Below are positions 1 to 9,476 of a stretch of DNA of 64,000 bases, piece by piece. The stretch comes from an uncultured Verrucomicrobiae bacterium (GTDB lineage: Bacteria > Chlamydiota > Chlamydiia > Chlamydiales > Rhabdochlamydiaceae): assembly GCA_963833965.1 (NCBI GenBank), contig CAWHZZ010000001.1, positions 520,274 to 584,273 on the forward strand, in the 5' to 3' direction. The notes under the pieces are model-generated. The model saw nothing but the letters and a program-made list of their open reading frames with translations. It had not been told where the DNA came from and made no database searches. Every line of letters begins with the position of its first letter. Positions within the stretch are counted from its first letter, which is position 1. Both the position numbers and the translations under genes were made by a program.

Positions 1-235
1 CGATATCACCATGCAAAAAATTTGTTGGAGGAAGATAAAGCGCTTTCGTTCCCGTGGAGATCATTGTCATGGCAATTTTTTCGGCGATGATGCCGCTCTT
101 GCCGATGCCTGTAAAGACGATGAGCCCTTTGGTGCGCAGGCATTCTTGCACAACTCTTTCCACTTCGGAGAGATCGAGGTTTTCAAAGTAGTGGTCGATG
201 TAGCGCTGTTGCGCTTGTAACAGTTCGGCGAGCAT
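1..235 (-). CDS. kdsD: Arabinose-5-phosphate isomerase (KdsD/KpsF family), N-terminal part; the gene runs off the window start
   Basis: My own minus-strand translation from the ATG at 235 gives MLAELLQAQQRYIDHYFENLDLSEVERVVQECLRTKGLIVFTGIGKSGIIAEKIAMTMISTGTKALYLPPTNFLHGDI. It carries the SIS-domain GIGKSG motif and an HGD motif. It is absent from the ORF track because it is truncated by the window edge. Confidence 0.7.
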   Translation of the reverse strand, partial: MLAELLQAQQRYIDHYFENLDLSEVERVVQECLRTKGLIVFTGIGKSGIIAEKIAMTMISTGTKALYLPPTNFLHGDI

Positions 236-350
236 AATGAGGAAGTATAAGCGAAAAACATTTTTGCGTCACCGAGGGAAAAGGAAGATTGGACAAATAA
301 GGGCGCAGAATTTATTTTATCCCTGCTTCCTTTTCTTCAGGAGAGAAATC

Positions 351-1667
351 ATGGCCTTAATCACAAATAACCCCCAAGTTAACCACATTTACCCAAAAAT
401 TAATTATTTCGTTCCCGTTTGGAGTTTATTTCCTTTTTTAAAAGATCTAGCGTTTATAGATGTGTTTAAAAGCAATATCCCACAAATAGAAAGCTCAAAA
501 GAATCAAAAATCGCCGAGATCCCTGACACTGGGATTTACCATATACTATCTTTTTTAGAAAAACCTTCGGATTTTTCATCTTTTAGCAGAACGAACAGGG
601 CCTTTTTTTCCCTTTCGGGTCAGATGCCCGCACATCAAAACGCCTCGGATTCGATGCTCTTTTTTCTCTATGGACGCCATTTATTCCACGACAAGAGCTA
701 TAGCCGCCATTCTGAGGGTCTCGTGCAGGCCGTCGCGATGCGTCCCTTAACTTCTCAAGAGTGGTTCATTTCACTGGCGTGTTTCACGGGCAGCGGAGCT
801 GTGAAATTAGCCAATGCGAGAGCGAAGAAGGCGGAACAGTGGTTTTTTGCCGCTTTTAAGCAGCGTTGCAGGGAACTTTCCGCCATCAACGACACGGCTA
901 GATTTGCCGTGTATAGGGAATGCGCATTTAACGCGCTGGAGGGAATTGCCAGGTCGAATGTCTCTTACTTTCAGAGGGCCGTATTCTCGCTCAAATTGGC
1001 TAGCGTCCGATATCAGTTCGATCGCAAGCTCTACTTGGACATGATTCTTGCCTATGTTCAACAGGATGCCAAAGTGATTTCTCAGCAAAATTTTCTTTCG
1101 ACGACTAAAAAATTCTCTGAGCTTTTCCCTGAAATCGCCATAGTTGACGTGGAACGGGATTTGAGAAATGCTCTTAGAAAAAGGCATTCCGAAGCCTTCG
1201 AGAAGTTGGCTGAATTTTTTTCTCATCCCGAATACATTTATCCAGAAATTAAGGAGATCGACGAGCAAGCGAAAAACCAATTAACGAAAATAGAAAATTT
1301 CGGCGAAATTTTGAAAGATGCAGAATCAAAAAAGCAAGAGGCATTCAAGGAGCTGTCGCGAATTTTTAAGGAGACATGTGGTTATCTGAATCAAAATGAG
1401 TTGATGCATCAATCGATGTCGGAAGATGCAAGTGTCACAGAAGCGAGAAATCAATACTATGCTGCAATGCATACTTTTTCGAATGACACAAAAAAATACG
1501 ATGCTTTGCTAAAAGGCTTAAATGCGCTTCTGCAAATAAGAGAGGATCTGAAAGAAAAGGCAGATAGGAAGGCGACTTTTTATCGGGAGCTTCAAAAAGA
1601 AGTGACAGAAAATCAGAAACTGGCGCTTTCTCATACCTTGCATCAAAATATCGGGTTTTTTCATTGA
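351..1667 (+). CDS. Hypothetical protein with a weak F-box-like motif near the N-terminus and a coiled-coil-like C-terminal half
   Basis: Long ORF. The ATG at 351 is preceded by AGGAGA 7 nt upstream, which is more credible than the 237 start. The segment IAEIPDTGIYHILSFLEKPSDFSSFSRTNRAFFSL (about nt 510-620) resembles an F-box but lacks the usual Trp. Confidence 0.55.
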   Translation: MALITNNPQVNHIYPKINYFVPVWSLFPFLKDLAFIDVFKSNIPQIESSKESKIAEIPDTGIYHILSFLEKPSDFSSFSRTNRAFFSLSGQMPAHQNASDSMLFFLYGRHLFHDKSYSRHSEGLVQAVAMRPLTSQEWFISLACFTGSGAVKLANARAKKAEQWFFAAFKQRCRELSAINDTARFAVYRECAFNALEGIARSNVSYFQRAVFSLKLASVRYQFDRKLYLDMILAYVQQDAKVISQQNFLSTTKKFSELFPEIAIVDVERDLRNALRKRHSEAFEKLAEFFSHPEYIYPEIKEIDEQAKNQLTKIENFGEILKDAESKKQEAFKELSRIFKETCGYLNQNELMHQSMSEDASVTEARNQYYAAMHTFSNDTKKYDALLKGLNALLQIREDLKEKADRKATFYRELQKEVTENQKLALSHTLHQNIGFFH

Positions 1668-1721
1668 AAAACAACAGCGCGGCCGTTTATTTAATTAATT
1701 AGTTTTAACTGGAGCCCGCTC

Positions 1722-3158
1722 ATGTCTTCTTCAAAGATTCCGATTACTGTTGCCCGAGGGGATGGCATTGGCCCGGAAATTATGTCGGCCGTATTGCATG
1801 TTTTGAATGAAGCGGGGGCGCCGCTCGAGTACCACGAGATTGAGATTGGGGAAAAGCTCTACTCGAAGGGGGTGCTCACCGGCATCGAGCCTAAATCGTG
1901 GGAGACGATTCGGAATACGAAGGCTTTTCTCAAGGCGCCGATCACCACGCCGCAAGGGGGCGGGTTTAAAAGCTTGAATGTCACGGTGCGGACGACGATG
2001 GGACTCTATGCGAATATTCGGCCATGCGTGGCTTATGCGCCTTTTGTCGGCACCAAACATCCGGGGATGGATGTGGTGATTGTCCGGGAAAATGAAGAGG
2101 ACCTTTACGCGGGAATTGAGTACCGGCAAACTCCCGATGTGTATAAATCGCTCAAGATCATTTCCCGGCCGGGCTCGGAAAAAATCATACGCTATGCGTT
2201 TGAGTATGCGCGCCAATATGGGCGTAAGAAAGTGACTTGTTTCATGAAAGACAACATCATGAAAATTTCCGATGGTCTGTTCCATAAGGTCTTCGATGAG
2301 ATTGCAAAAGAGTACGCAGACATTGTGAACGAGGCTTGGATTGTCGACATCGGTGCGGCGAAATTGGCCGATACCCCAGAAGTTTTCGATGTGATTGTCA
2401 TGCCGAATTTGTATGGCGATATCCTCTCAGATGTGGCAGCGCAGATCTCAGGCTCTGTGGGGATCGCTGGATCTGCGAATATTGGTGACCGAGGGGCGAT
2501 GTTCGAGGCGATCCATGGCTCCGCTCCTAGGCGCGCAGGGCAGAATGTCGCCAATCCTTCAGGGCTTCTTTTGGCAAGCGTGATGATGCTGGTCTATTTG
2601 GGAGAGGAGAGAGTTGCGGAAAGAATCCACAATGCATGGCTGCGTGCGATTGAAAGCGGGATTCATACCTACGACATCTTCAACGCGGGGTTAAGTAAAG
2701 AAAAGGTGGGAACTAAAGAATTTGCCAATGCGGTCGTCAAATGCCTGGGGCAAAAGCCTCAGCATTTGCCCACTGTCTTTTATCAGGTAGCGAAGAAAAT
2801 CACCGCTTTACATCCTCCCTTGGAAAGAGCTGATGTGAAGAGAGAGCTCGTCGGTGTGGATGTCTTTGTCCACTCTCGTGATTCTACGGCGAGTTTTATC
2901 AAGATCGCGACGGACAAACAGTGGACTCCTCTCTCTCTGCAGATGATCAGCAATCGCGGTGTGAGGGTTTGGCCAGAGGGCCATCCGGAAACCTTTTGCG
3001 TGGACCAGTGGCGCCTTCGCTTCATGCGCAAAGAGAAAGGATCTGCGGCGACACAGGCGGAAGTGTGGAAGACGGTGCAAGAGCTGCAGAATACCGGCTA
3101 CGACGTCACGGGGACAGAAAATCTGTATCAGTTCGACGGGTCGCCGGCGTTTTCTTAG
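1722..3158 (+). CDS. icd: Isocitrate dehydrogenase (isocitrate/isopropylmalate dehydrogenase family, long form with a C-terminal extension)
   Basis: The N-terminus IPITVARGDGIGPEIM, then NLYGDILSD and GSAPRRAGQNVANP, are typical of the beta-decarboxylating dehydrogenase family. Length is 478 aa. Confidence 0.88.
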   Translation: MSSSKIPITVARGDGIGPEIMSAVLHVLNEAGAPLEYHEIEIGEKLYSKGVLTGIEPKSWETIRNTKAFLKAPITTPQGGGFKSLNVTVRTTMGLYANIRPCVAYAPFVGTKHPGMDVVIVRENEEDLYAGIEYRQTPDVYKSLKIISRPGSEKIIRYAFEYARQYGRKKVTCFMKDNIMKISDGLFHKVFDEIAKEYADIVNEAWIVDIGAAKLADTPEVFDVIVMPNLYGDILSDVAAQISGSVGIAGSANIGDRGAMFEAIHGSAPRRAGQNVANPSGLLLASVMMLVYLGEERVAERIHNAWLRAIESGIHTYDIFNAGLSKEKVGTKEFANAVVKCLGQKPQHLPTVFYQVAKKITALHPPLERADVKRELVGVDVFVHSRDSTASFIKIATDKQWTPLSLQMISNRGVRVWPEGHPETFCVDQWRLRFMRKEKGSAATQAEVWKTVQELQNTGYDVTGTENLYQFDGSPAFS

Positions 3159-4299
3159 GGCCTGTCGTCTCTGTGATTAAATTTCGGTACCGTTTTGTGG
3201 CAAACGGGACAATTCCGCTTTTTTCGTACAAGTTGGAATCATTCATCTCGTCATTCAAATGTTCAGAGAGATATCTGGCGGCATCTTCGGCTGTCGTGCA
3301 TTGAGCGATCAGCTGTTTTTCAATGGCAAAGTGAGAGAACGGCGTTCCTGGAACATCGACGTGAACGAACCGCTTTCCCGCAAAGAGGGCTTGAATGGCC
3401 ACTGTAGAGCGATGGCAAATGCCAAGTCGGCAGATGGCGACAGCTTCAAAGGTCGAAAGGTGTCTTCCATCAGAGATGAAACATGGGGGAAATTTTTCCG
3501 AACGGAAACTCTCCAGAATTTCCTTCTCGAGCTTGCCATCAGAACGCGGATGCAATTGAATAATGACTTGAACGGGAATTTTCAACTGATTCAAGCTTTG
3601 AGCGAATACGAGAAATGACTCGCGATAGCCATTTCCTTTTTCTTCGTAGCCGCTAATGTACGTTAAAATGGGGATGCCGCTTTGAAAAGGTGTTTTGGCA
3701 AGGGCAGCGGATTTGTCGACGTTGCCGACTTTCTCTTTCCACACGTCGAGGGTCGGCTGGCCGAGCGCGATCGCCTTTGTGCTGTTAAATCGGCAGTTCA
3801 AATCTTTGGCGATATCCTGCGAGGGGACGAGGACAATGTCTGAGGCGTGCATGAACTTTTCGACATTGGCGACAAGATCGGGAGGCAGTTTATCATAAGT
3901 GGAAAAGTTGTCCCAGACGGCGATGACGCGGCTTCCCTTTTTGTGAAACAGCTCCGCGATCTGTCTTTCCGGGGTGGAATACATCCCTGTCATGAGAGTG
4001 GAAGGGGCAAGCGGAGCGATTTTTTCTAAATCGGAAGCGCTCAATTCATAAAGCCGTTGATTTGCGGGGCAGGAAACTCCTAAACTTTCGACGGTGATCG
4101 GTTGTAAAGATGCTTCGCTTGCGACTTTTGTCGCTGTCGCCATCGTCAGCAGCTTTGTTTCAGGAGCCTCTTCCCAAGACTTTAAAATTTGGGCCCAAAT
4201 GTTTGTCTCCCCTGTATCGAATCCAACCAGCAGAAGGCTCTCTTTTGCGGAAAGAGCGGAGAAAAACAATAGGAAAGCACAGAACAACTGCTTAATCAA
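3106..4299 (-). CDS. Hypothetical exported protein (N-terminal signal peptide; no catalytic motif recognised)
   Basis: 397-aa ORF with a hydrophobic N-terminus (MIKQLFCAFLLFFSALSA). Its start overlaps the stop of the upstream E2 gene by 8 nt, which suggests operon membership. Confidence 0.6.
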   Translation of the reverse strand: MIKQLFCAFLLFFSALSAKESLLLVGFDTGETNIWAQILKSWEEAPETKLLTMATATKVASEASLQPITVESLGVSCPANQRLYELSASDLEKIAPLAPSTLMTGMYSTPERQIAELFHKKGSRVIAVWDNFSTYDKLPPDLVANVEKFMHASDIVLVPSQDIAKDLNCRFNSTKAIALGQPTLDVWKEKVGNVDKSAALAKTPFQSGIPILTYISGYEEKGNGYRESFLVFAQSLNQLKIPVQVIIQLHPRSDGKLEKEILESFRSEKFPPCFISDGRHLSTFEAVAICRLGICHRSTVAIQALFAGKRFVHVDVPGTPFSHFAIEKQLIAQCTTAEDAARYLSEHLNDEMNDSNLYEKSGIVPFATKRYRNLITETTGPKKTPATRRTDTDFLSP

Positions 4300-5494
4300 T
4301 TTTCGCTTCCTCTTCGAGATGTTTTTTTAGGGCGTTGAGGTAGCCGCAGCCGTACATTCCATCGAGCACGCGATGGTCGAAAGTGAGCGAGACGTGCATC
4401 ATCGAACGGATGGCCAAAAGTTCGTTTTCGAGAGGGACAACTTTTCGATAGGTCGCTCCGACGCCGACGATTGCGACCTCCGGGAAGCGGATGATCGGGA
4501 TGCCGATTTGCACGCCGGTCATCCCAAAATTCGTGAGGGAGATCGTTCCATCGCTGACATCGTCAGGGGTGAGCTTACCACTGCGGGCTTTTGCGGAGAG
4601 TTCGCTGATCGCTTTGGCAATCTCTGTAATGCCCAGCCGTTGGCAATGCTTGACGACAGGAACAAACAGCCCTTGTTCAACGCTGACGGCGATTCCTAAA
4701 TTGAGATAGCGTTTAAGAAGGATAGTATCGCCTTCGAGGGAAGAATTGATCAACGGGTATTCCTGGAGAGCTTTGGCAATCGCTCGGGCGACAAAAGCAG
4801 TGATTGTCAGCTTGAATCCATTTCTTTTCAAAAACTCTTCCTTCTCCTTTTGGATCAGTTGAATCACGCCTGTGACATCGACCTCAGTCACTAAGGAAGC
4901 GTGCGGAGCTTCATAGAAAGACCGGACCATATTGTCGGCGATGGCTTTGCGCATGCCTGTCATTTTCAAACGCTCAACTTCGGGTCCGGATGCCACCATT
5001 GTCTTGGCGGGACAAGGTTTGGGAGGAGAAACACGTTTTTCGATGTAGATCTCGAGATCTTGTTTGGTGAGCCTTCCACTGGCGCCTGTGCGTGGGATTT
5101 TTTCCAATTCCGGAAGGGCGATCCCTTTTTCGCGGGCAAGGCGGAGGAGAGCAGGAGAAAAAAAGTCTCTCATCTCTTGGCCACTCTCCTCATGTTTGGA
5201 GTCAACAGAGGGCATTGGAGCGAATGCGTCGCCTCGGGACGCGGAACCGGCAGCAAGGCCGATCACGGCGATGAGTTCGCCGACTTGCAATTCTTGATCG
5301 GGATTGGCGTGGATTTCTTTGAGGACACCAGCAGCAGGAGACGGAATTTCGCTATTGACTTTGTCGGTAGAGACTTCGAGAAGAGGCTCATCTAGGCTGA
5401 CGGGATCGCCGATTTTTTTGAACCATTGAACAATTGTTGCGCTGTGAATGCTCTCTCCGAGTTTTGGCAAAAGTACTTTGATGTCTTCGCTCAT
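4292..5494 (-). CDS. 2-oxoacid dehydrogenase complex E2 component (dihydrolipoamide acyltransferase)
   Basis: Contains a lipoyl domain (LEVSTDKVNSEIPSPAAGVL), a peripheral-subunit-binding domain (SPALLRLAREKGIALPEL) and the catalytic motif DHRVLDG. Confidence 0.9.
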   Translation of the reverse strand: MSEDIKVLLPKLGESIHSATIVQWFKKIGDPVSLDEPLLEVSTDKVNSEIPSPAAGVLKEIHANPDQELQVGELIAVIGLAAGSASRGDAFAPMPSVDSKHEESGQEMRDFFSPALLRLAREKGIALPELEKIPRTGASGRLTKQDLEIYIEKRVSPPKPCPAKTMVASGPEVERLKMTGMRKAIADNMVRSFYEAPHASLVTEVDVTGVIQLIQKEKEEFLKRNGFKLTITAFVARAIAKALQEYPLINSSLEGDTILLKRYLNLGIAVSVEQGLFVPVVKHCQRLGITEIAKAISELSAKARSGKLTPDDVSDGTISLTNFGMTGVQIGIPIIRFPEVAIVGVGATYRKVVPLENELLAIRSMMHVSLTFDHRVLDGMYGCGYLNALKKHLEEEAKID

Positions 5495-6549
5495 TTGACA
5501 ATCTCCAAAATTTTACTGATGAGATTTTCCCAATGCTCTTTGCCTGCGATGAACCGCAACTGGATTTCGACGGGCTCGACTTCCAAGCATAAAGAAAGAT
5601 CGGGACGCAATTTTACATGATCCTTTTCCGTGCATAAAAGGATTTCGGCTCCTCGGTCGCGGCATTGCATGGCAAAGTTTTTCAGCCGGCCATCTTGCAC
5701 AGGCTCATGATCGTTAAGAAGAAGAGTGTCGACAATTTCACATTTTAAGTCACGTACGGTCTGCAAAAAGCGTTCCGGGTTGCCGATCCCGCAAAAAACG
5801 GCGACTTTGCGGGCTGAAATTTTACCGCGACTCACTACTTCGAATTGGACGGCAGCTGTCGGTGCATTGGAATGAGGGGCCATTTGCTTTTGCAACTGCG
5901 CGTAATGGTCGAGATCTTTGACATGAGTGAACACGATCAAATCCGCGCGCTCTAGCCGCTTGGGGCTGTCGCGGAGCAGGCCCCAAGGCACAAAGCGGCC
6001 TTTTGAAAAAGGGTCTAATCCATCGACGACCGCAATCTCAAAATCGCGTTTCAATCGGCGATGCTGCATACCGTCGTCTAGAAGGAGGCACTCTGCCCCT
6101 TGCTGAATGGCCAACTGTCCAGAGGCAATCCGGTCGGGGCCGGCCCAAATCGGGCTCTTAAGTTTTTGCGCGAGGAAATAGGGTTCGTCGCCGCATTCTT
6201 GCGGGGGATAAAGGGGTCCATTCCCCGAAGAGATGAGACGGCTTTCACCCAACTTTTCGATTTCGGAGCGGAAACCGCGCGTCAAAATGGCGAGTTTTAC
6301 CTGATCCTGAAGCTGTGAAGCGAGCAGGCGCACAAGGGGCGTTTTTCCCGTTCCGCCCACGGCGATGTTGCCGATGCTGATCACAGGCGCAGACAGGCGT
6401 ACGGAGGAGATCCACTCCCTATCATAGGCAAAATTCCTCGCAGAAATGGCGGCGCGGTAGGTGGAGCTTAAAAGCGCTAGAGCAGCGCTAGCAAGGGGGG
6501 CTTTTTTTTCCCCGCGGATGATTTTGAGGACTGAGCGTTCTAGATCCAT
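5491..6549 (-). CDS. lpxK: Tetraacyldisaccharide 4'-kinase
   Basis: The P-loop GNIAVGGTGKTPLV and a 352-aa length are typical of LpxK. An ATGA start/stop overlap links it to the E2 gene. Confidence 0.88.
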   Translation of the reverse strand: MDLERSVLKIIRGEKKAPLASAALALLSSTYRAAISARNFAYDREWISSVRLSAPVISIGNIAVGGTGKTPLVRLLASQLQDQVKLAILTRGFRSEIEKLGESRLISSGNGPLYPPQECGDEPYFLAQKLKSPIWAGPDRIASGQLAIQQGAECLLLDDGMQHRRLKRDFEIAVVDGLDPFSKGRFVPWGLLRDSPKRLERADLIVFTHVKDLDHYAQLQKQMAPHSNAPTAAVQFEVVSRGKISARKVAVFCGIGNPERFLQTVRDLKCEIVDTLLLNDHEPVQDGRLKNFAMQCRDRGAEILLCTEKDHVKLRPDLSLCLEVEPVEIQLRFIAGKEHWENLISKILEIVK

Positions 6550-6609
6550 AGGAAAAGGATTTTATCATAGATCCAGAATTTGGGCGAAGGCAATATATAA
6601 ACCTGAAAA

Positions 6610-7221
6610 TCAGACACTTAATTCAAGCGCCCAGGGCGCGAGGGCAAGTCTTTTTTCCACCATTTCAATAATTATGTGGATAGCGGCCATGTGGGCCTCC
6701 TGTATGCGGTCAGAATAGCCGAAGCCGGGAACGATCCATTCCAGGTCGCATTTTCCTCGCAGCCTTCCTCCGTTTTTTCCTAAAAATGCGACTGTTTTGA
6801 GCTCCATCTCCTTTGCACAGCTGGCAGCTTTGAGAATGTTCGCAGAGTTGCCACTGGTTGAGAGAAGGACCGCGATATCGCCGCGAGAGCCAAACGCTTC
6901 AATACCTCGCGAAAAGATTTCATCGAAACCCAGATCATTGGCCACACAGGAAATGTGGCCGGAATCAGAGAGAACAATCGCGGGAAGGGCTTTTCGCTTC
7001 CCGCGGAAAAATCCTGTGAGCTCTTCGGCAAAATGCATTGCATCGCACAAGCTTCCCCCGTTTCCGGCAAGCAGAATTTTACCGCCGGCTTGAAAACAAT
7101 CCGCAATCCATGCGCTCGCCGTCTCGATAAAATCCAAAGAAACAGGTTCACGCAAAAATTCCGCAGCGCGAATGACGTCACCGACGGCATGTTCGATTTG
7201 ATTTCGCGCGCTGTTGCTCAT
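6610..7221 (-). CDS. gmhA: SIS-domain phosphoheptose isomerase (GmhA/DiaA family)
   Basis: Motifs LLAGNGGSLCDAMHFAEEL and LLSTSGNS, with a length of about 200 aa. Confidence 0.8.
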   Translation of the reverse strand: MSNSARNQIEHAVGDVIRAAEFLREPVSLDFIETASAWIADCFQAGGKILLAGNGGSLCDAMHFAEELTGFFRGKRKALPAIVLSDSGHISCVANDLGFDEIFSRGIEAFGSRGDIAVLLSTSGNSANILKAASCAKEMELKTVAFLGKNGGRLRGKCDLEWIVPGFGYSDRIQEAHMAAIHIIIEMVEKRLALAPWALELSV

Positions 7222-7339
7222 GCTGGTATACTATAGTTTTGCTGTTGTTTTTAATCAATGCTTTGAATAATGTCCATACTGCGCTTGCTCTAAAATCGTG
7301 AATTTAGAGCAAAGGCAGTACACACCCCTGCCCACAAAT

Positions 7340-8347
7340 ATGGATAAGCAAATCAAATTAGCGATTGTAGGAGCCACAGGCGCTGTCGGCAGCGAACTGC
7401 TGCAAGTTCTCGAAAAACGAAATTTTCCCGCCGAAGAGCTGCGATTATTTGCTTCTCCGCGCTCGCTTGGGAAGAAAATTTCCTTTCGCGGAAGCGCGAT
7501 TGCTGTCCAAGAACTCTCCGAAGCCGCTTTTCAAGGCATAGACATTGCGATTTTCAGCGCGGGGCGCAAGGTCGCCCGGCAATGGGCCCCTATCGCGATT
7601 CAGCAGGGAGCCAAGGTAATCGACAACAGTTCTGCATTCCGCATGGACCCCAATGTTCCGCTCATCATTCCCGAGATCAATTCGCAAGCTTTGAGCGAAG
7701 ATCATTTTCTCATCTCTTGTCCAAATTGCAGCGCCGCCATCATGCTGATGGCTGCTGCTCCTTTGCACCGGCGGTTTAAGATTGTCCGCATTGTCGCCGC
7801 CACCTATCAAGCCGCCAGCGGAGCCGGTTTTCAGGCGATGAAAGAACTCGAAGATGAGACGAGGGCCGCTCTTGAAAAACGTCACTTTACTCGCACCGTA
7901 TTTCCGCATCCTTATGCGTTCAATCTTTTTCCCCACAATTCTCCGATGGATGAAAATGGCTATGCGGAAGAAGAGCTAAAAATGCTCCACGAAACGAGAA
8001 AAATTTTAAACGACGATCAGATATGGATCAACGCCACGTGCGTGCGCGTTCCCATCTTGCGCGCCCACTCGGAAGCGCTGAATATCACATTCAGCCAGCC
8101 CGTCAGCGTCGAGCAGGCTTACGATGTTTTAAAAAATGCGCCGGGACTCACTATTTTAGAGGATCGGAAGTTCAATCGCTTTCCGATGCCCTCCGATGCG
8201 AGCGGACAAGATGATGTGTATTGCGGTCGCATTCGCAAAGATTTATCGTTTCCCAATACCTTAGACCTTTGGGTCGTCGGCGACCAGCTGCTCAAAGGCG
8301 CCGCACTCAATGCGGTCCAAATCGCTGAACTCATTTTAAAAAGGTAA
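7340..8347 (+). CDS. asd: Aspartate-semialdehyde dehydrogenase
   Basis: Motifs IVGATGAVGSELL, the active-site CPNCS, and SGAG. The ATG at 7340 (MDKQIKLAIVGATG) is preferred over the GTG at 7298. Confidence 0.9.
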   Translation: MDKQIKLAIVGATGAVGSELLQVLEKRNFPAEELRLFASPRSLGKKISFRGSAIAVQELSEAAFQGIDIAIFSAGRKVARQWAPIAIQQGAKVIDNSSAFRMDPNVPLIIPEINSQALSEDHFLISCPNCSAAIMLMAAAPLHRRFKIVRIVAATYQAASGAGFQAMKELEDETRAALEKRHFTRTVFPHPYAFNLFPHNSPMDENGYAEEELKMLHETRKILNDDQIWINATCVRVPILRAHSEALNITFSQPVSVEQAYDVLKNAPGLTILEDRKFNRFPMPSDASGQDDVYCGRIRKDLSFPNTLDLWVVGDQLLKGAALNAVQIAELILKR

Positions 8348-8350
8348 TCA

Positions 8351-9406
8351 ATGTTCCGGATTTGTTATTTTCTCATTGCACTATTTTATTTACCTCTTTG
8401 CGCCAATGAAAGCCAAGGCTACAAATTATTTTCAGGAAACGCCAATCCCCAACTCGCCGAATCGATCGCTCACTGTTTAGGGATGGAGCTCAGCCGTGTC
8501 AGCATCTCTCGTTTCAATGATGGCGAGATCAAAATCAAAGTGGAGGAAAATGTCCGCAATTCCGATGTTTTTCTCATTCAACCGATGTGCGCGACGGAAA
8601 ATGGGAGCGTCAACGACAATCTCATGGAGCTTTTTTTGTTAATTCGCACGATGAGACGATCGGACGTCGGAAACATCACCGCCGTCATTCCCTATTACGG
8701 CTATGCTAGGCAGGACCGAAAAACAGAAAGCCGCGTGCCAATTTCCGCTTCAGATATTGCCATGCTTTTTGAGCTTGCCGGCGCGGACAGCATTTTGTGT
8801 GTTGACTTGCACTGCGGACAAATTCAAGGTTTTTTTCACGATGCGCCCGTCGACAATTTGTACGCCTCACCTATCTTCGTCCGCTATTTTTCGATGAAGA
8901 ACGATTTGGTCCACCCGGTGATTGTTTCCCCTGACGCTGGCGGTCTAGAACGCGCGAAAAAATTTATCGAGGGCCTTGCCTGGCACCGGATCGATGCAGG
9001 TCTTGCTGTGATTGTCAAACAAAGGACCGGCCCTGGAGTCATCGATAAAATGAATCTCGTCGGGGACGTCTATGGCTGCGATGCGATCATCATCGACGAT
9101 ATTTGCGACACCGCTGGCACTCTTGTTCAAGCGGCCACGGAGTTGAAAAACGCCGGCGCAAACCGCGTTTTTGCCTGCATCACGCACCCTGTCTTTTCGG
9201 GGCCAGCGCTCGAGCGGATCGCCGACTCCTGCCTCACCGAACTCATCGTCACCGATACAATTCCCGCCCGCACCGAGCTGCCGCCAAACATTACTCAGCT
9301 GTCGATCGCTCCCCTCATCGCCGAGGCGATCGATCGCACCTATCACGGGGAGTCGATCTCCCATCTCTTTACTTACAATGGCCATCAATTTTGCCAAGAT
9401 CAATAA
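8351..9406 (+). CDS. prs: Ribose-phosphate pyrophosphokinase (PRPP synthetase) with an unusual hydrophobic N-terminal extension
   Basis: Motifs KLFSGNANPQLAESIA, DLHCGQIQGFF and the PRPP loop IIIDDICDTAGT. The first 22 aa or so (MFRICYFLIALFYLPLCANESQ) lie upstream of the usual Prs start. Confidence 0.9.
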   Translation: MFRICYFLIALFYLPLCANESQGYKLFSGNANPQLAESIAHCLGMELSRVSISRFNDGEIKIKVEENVRNSDVFLIQPMCATENGSVNDNLMELFLLIRTMRRSDVGNITAVIPYYGYARQDRKTESRVPISASDIAMLFELAGADSILCVDLHCGQIQGFFHDAPVDNLYASPIFVRYFSMKNDLVHPVIVSPDAGGLERAKKFIEGLAWHRIDAGLAVIVKQRTGPGVIDKMNLVGDVYGCDAIIIDDICDTAGTLVQAATELKNAGANRVFACITHPVFSGPALERIADSCLTELIVTDTIPARTELPPNITQLSIAPLIAEAIDRTYHGESISHLFTYNGHQFCQDQ

Positions 9407-9476
9407 ACCCTGAAGAATTGCTGTAATTTAAGTTTTGTGTTACATGCAATTTTTATCAAAAAAATTGGAGTGGTCT

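Noticed and set aside
237-350. Upstream start (237) for the first plus-strand gene
   Set aside because: It begins 2 nt from the start codon of the divergent kdsD and encodes a basic, junk-like leader. The ATG at 351 has a good AGGAGA RBS.
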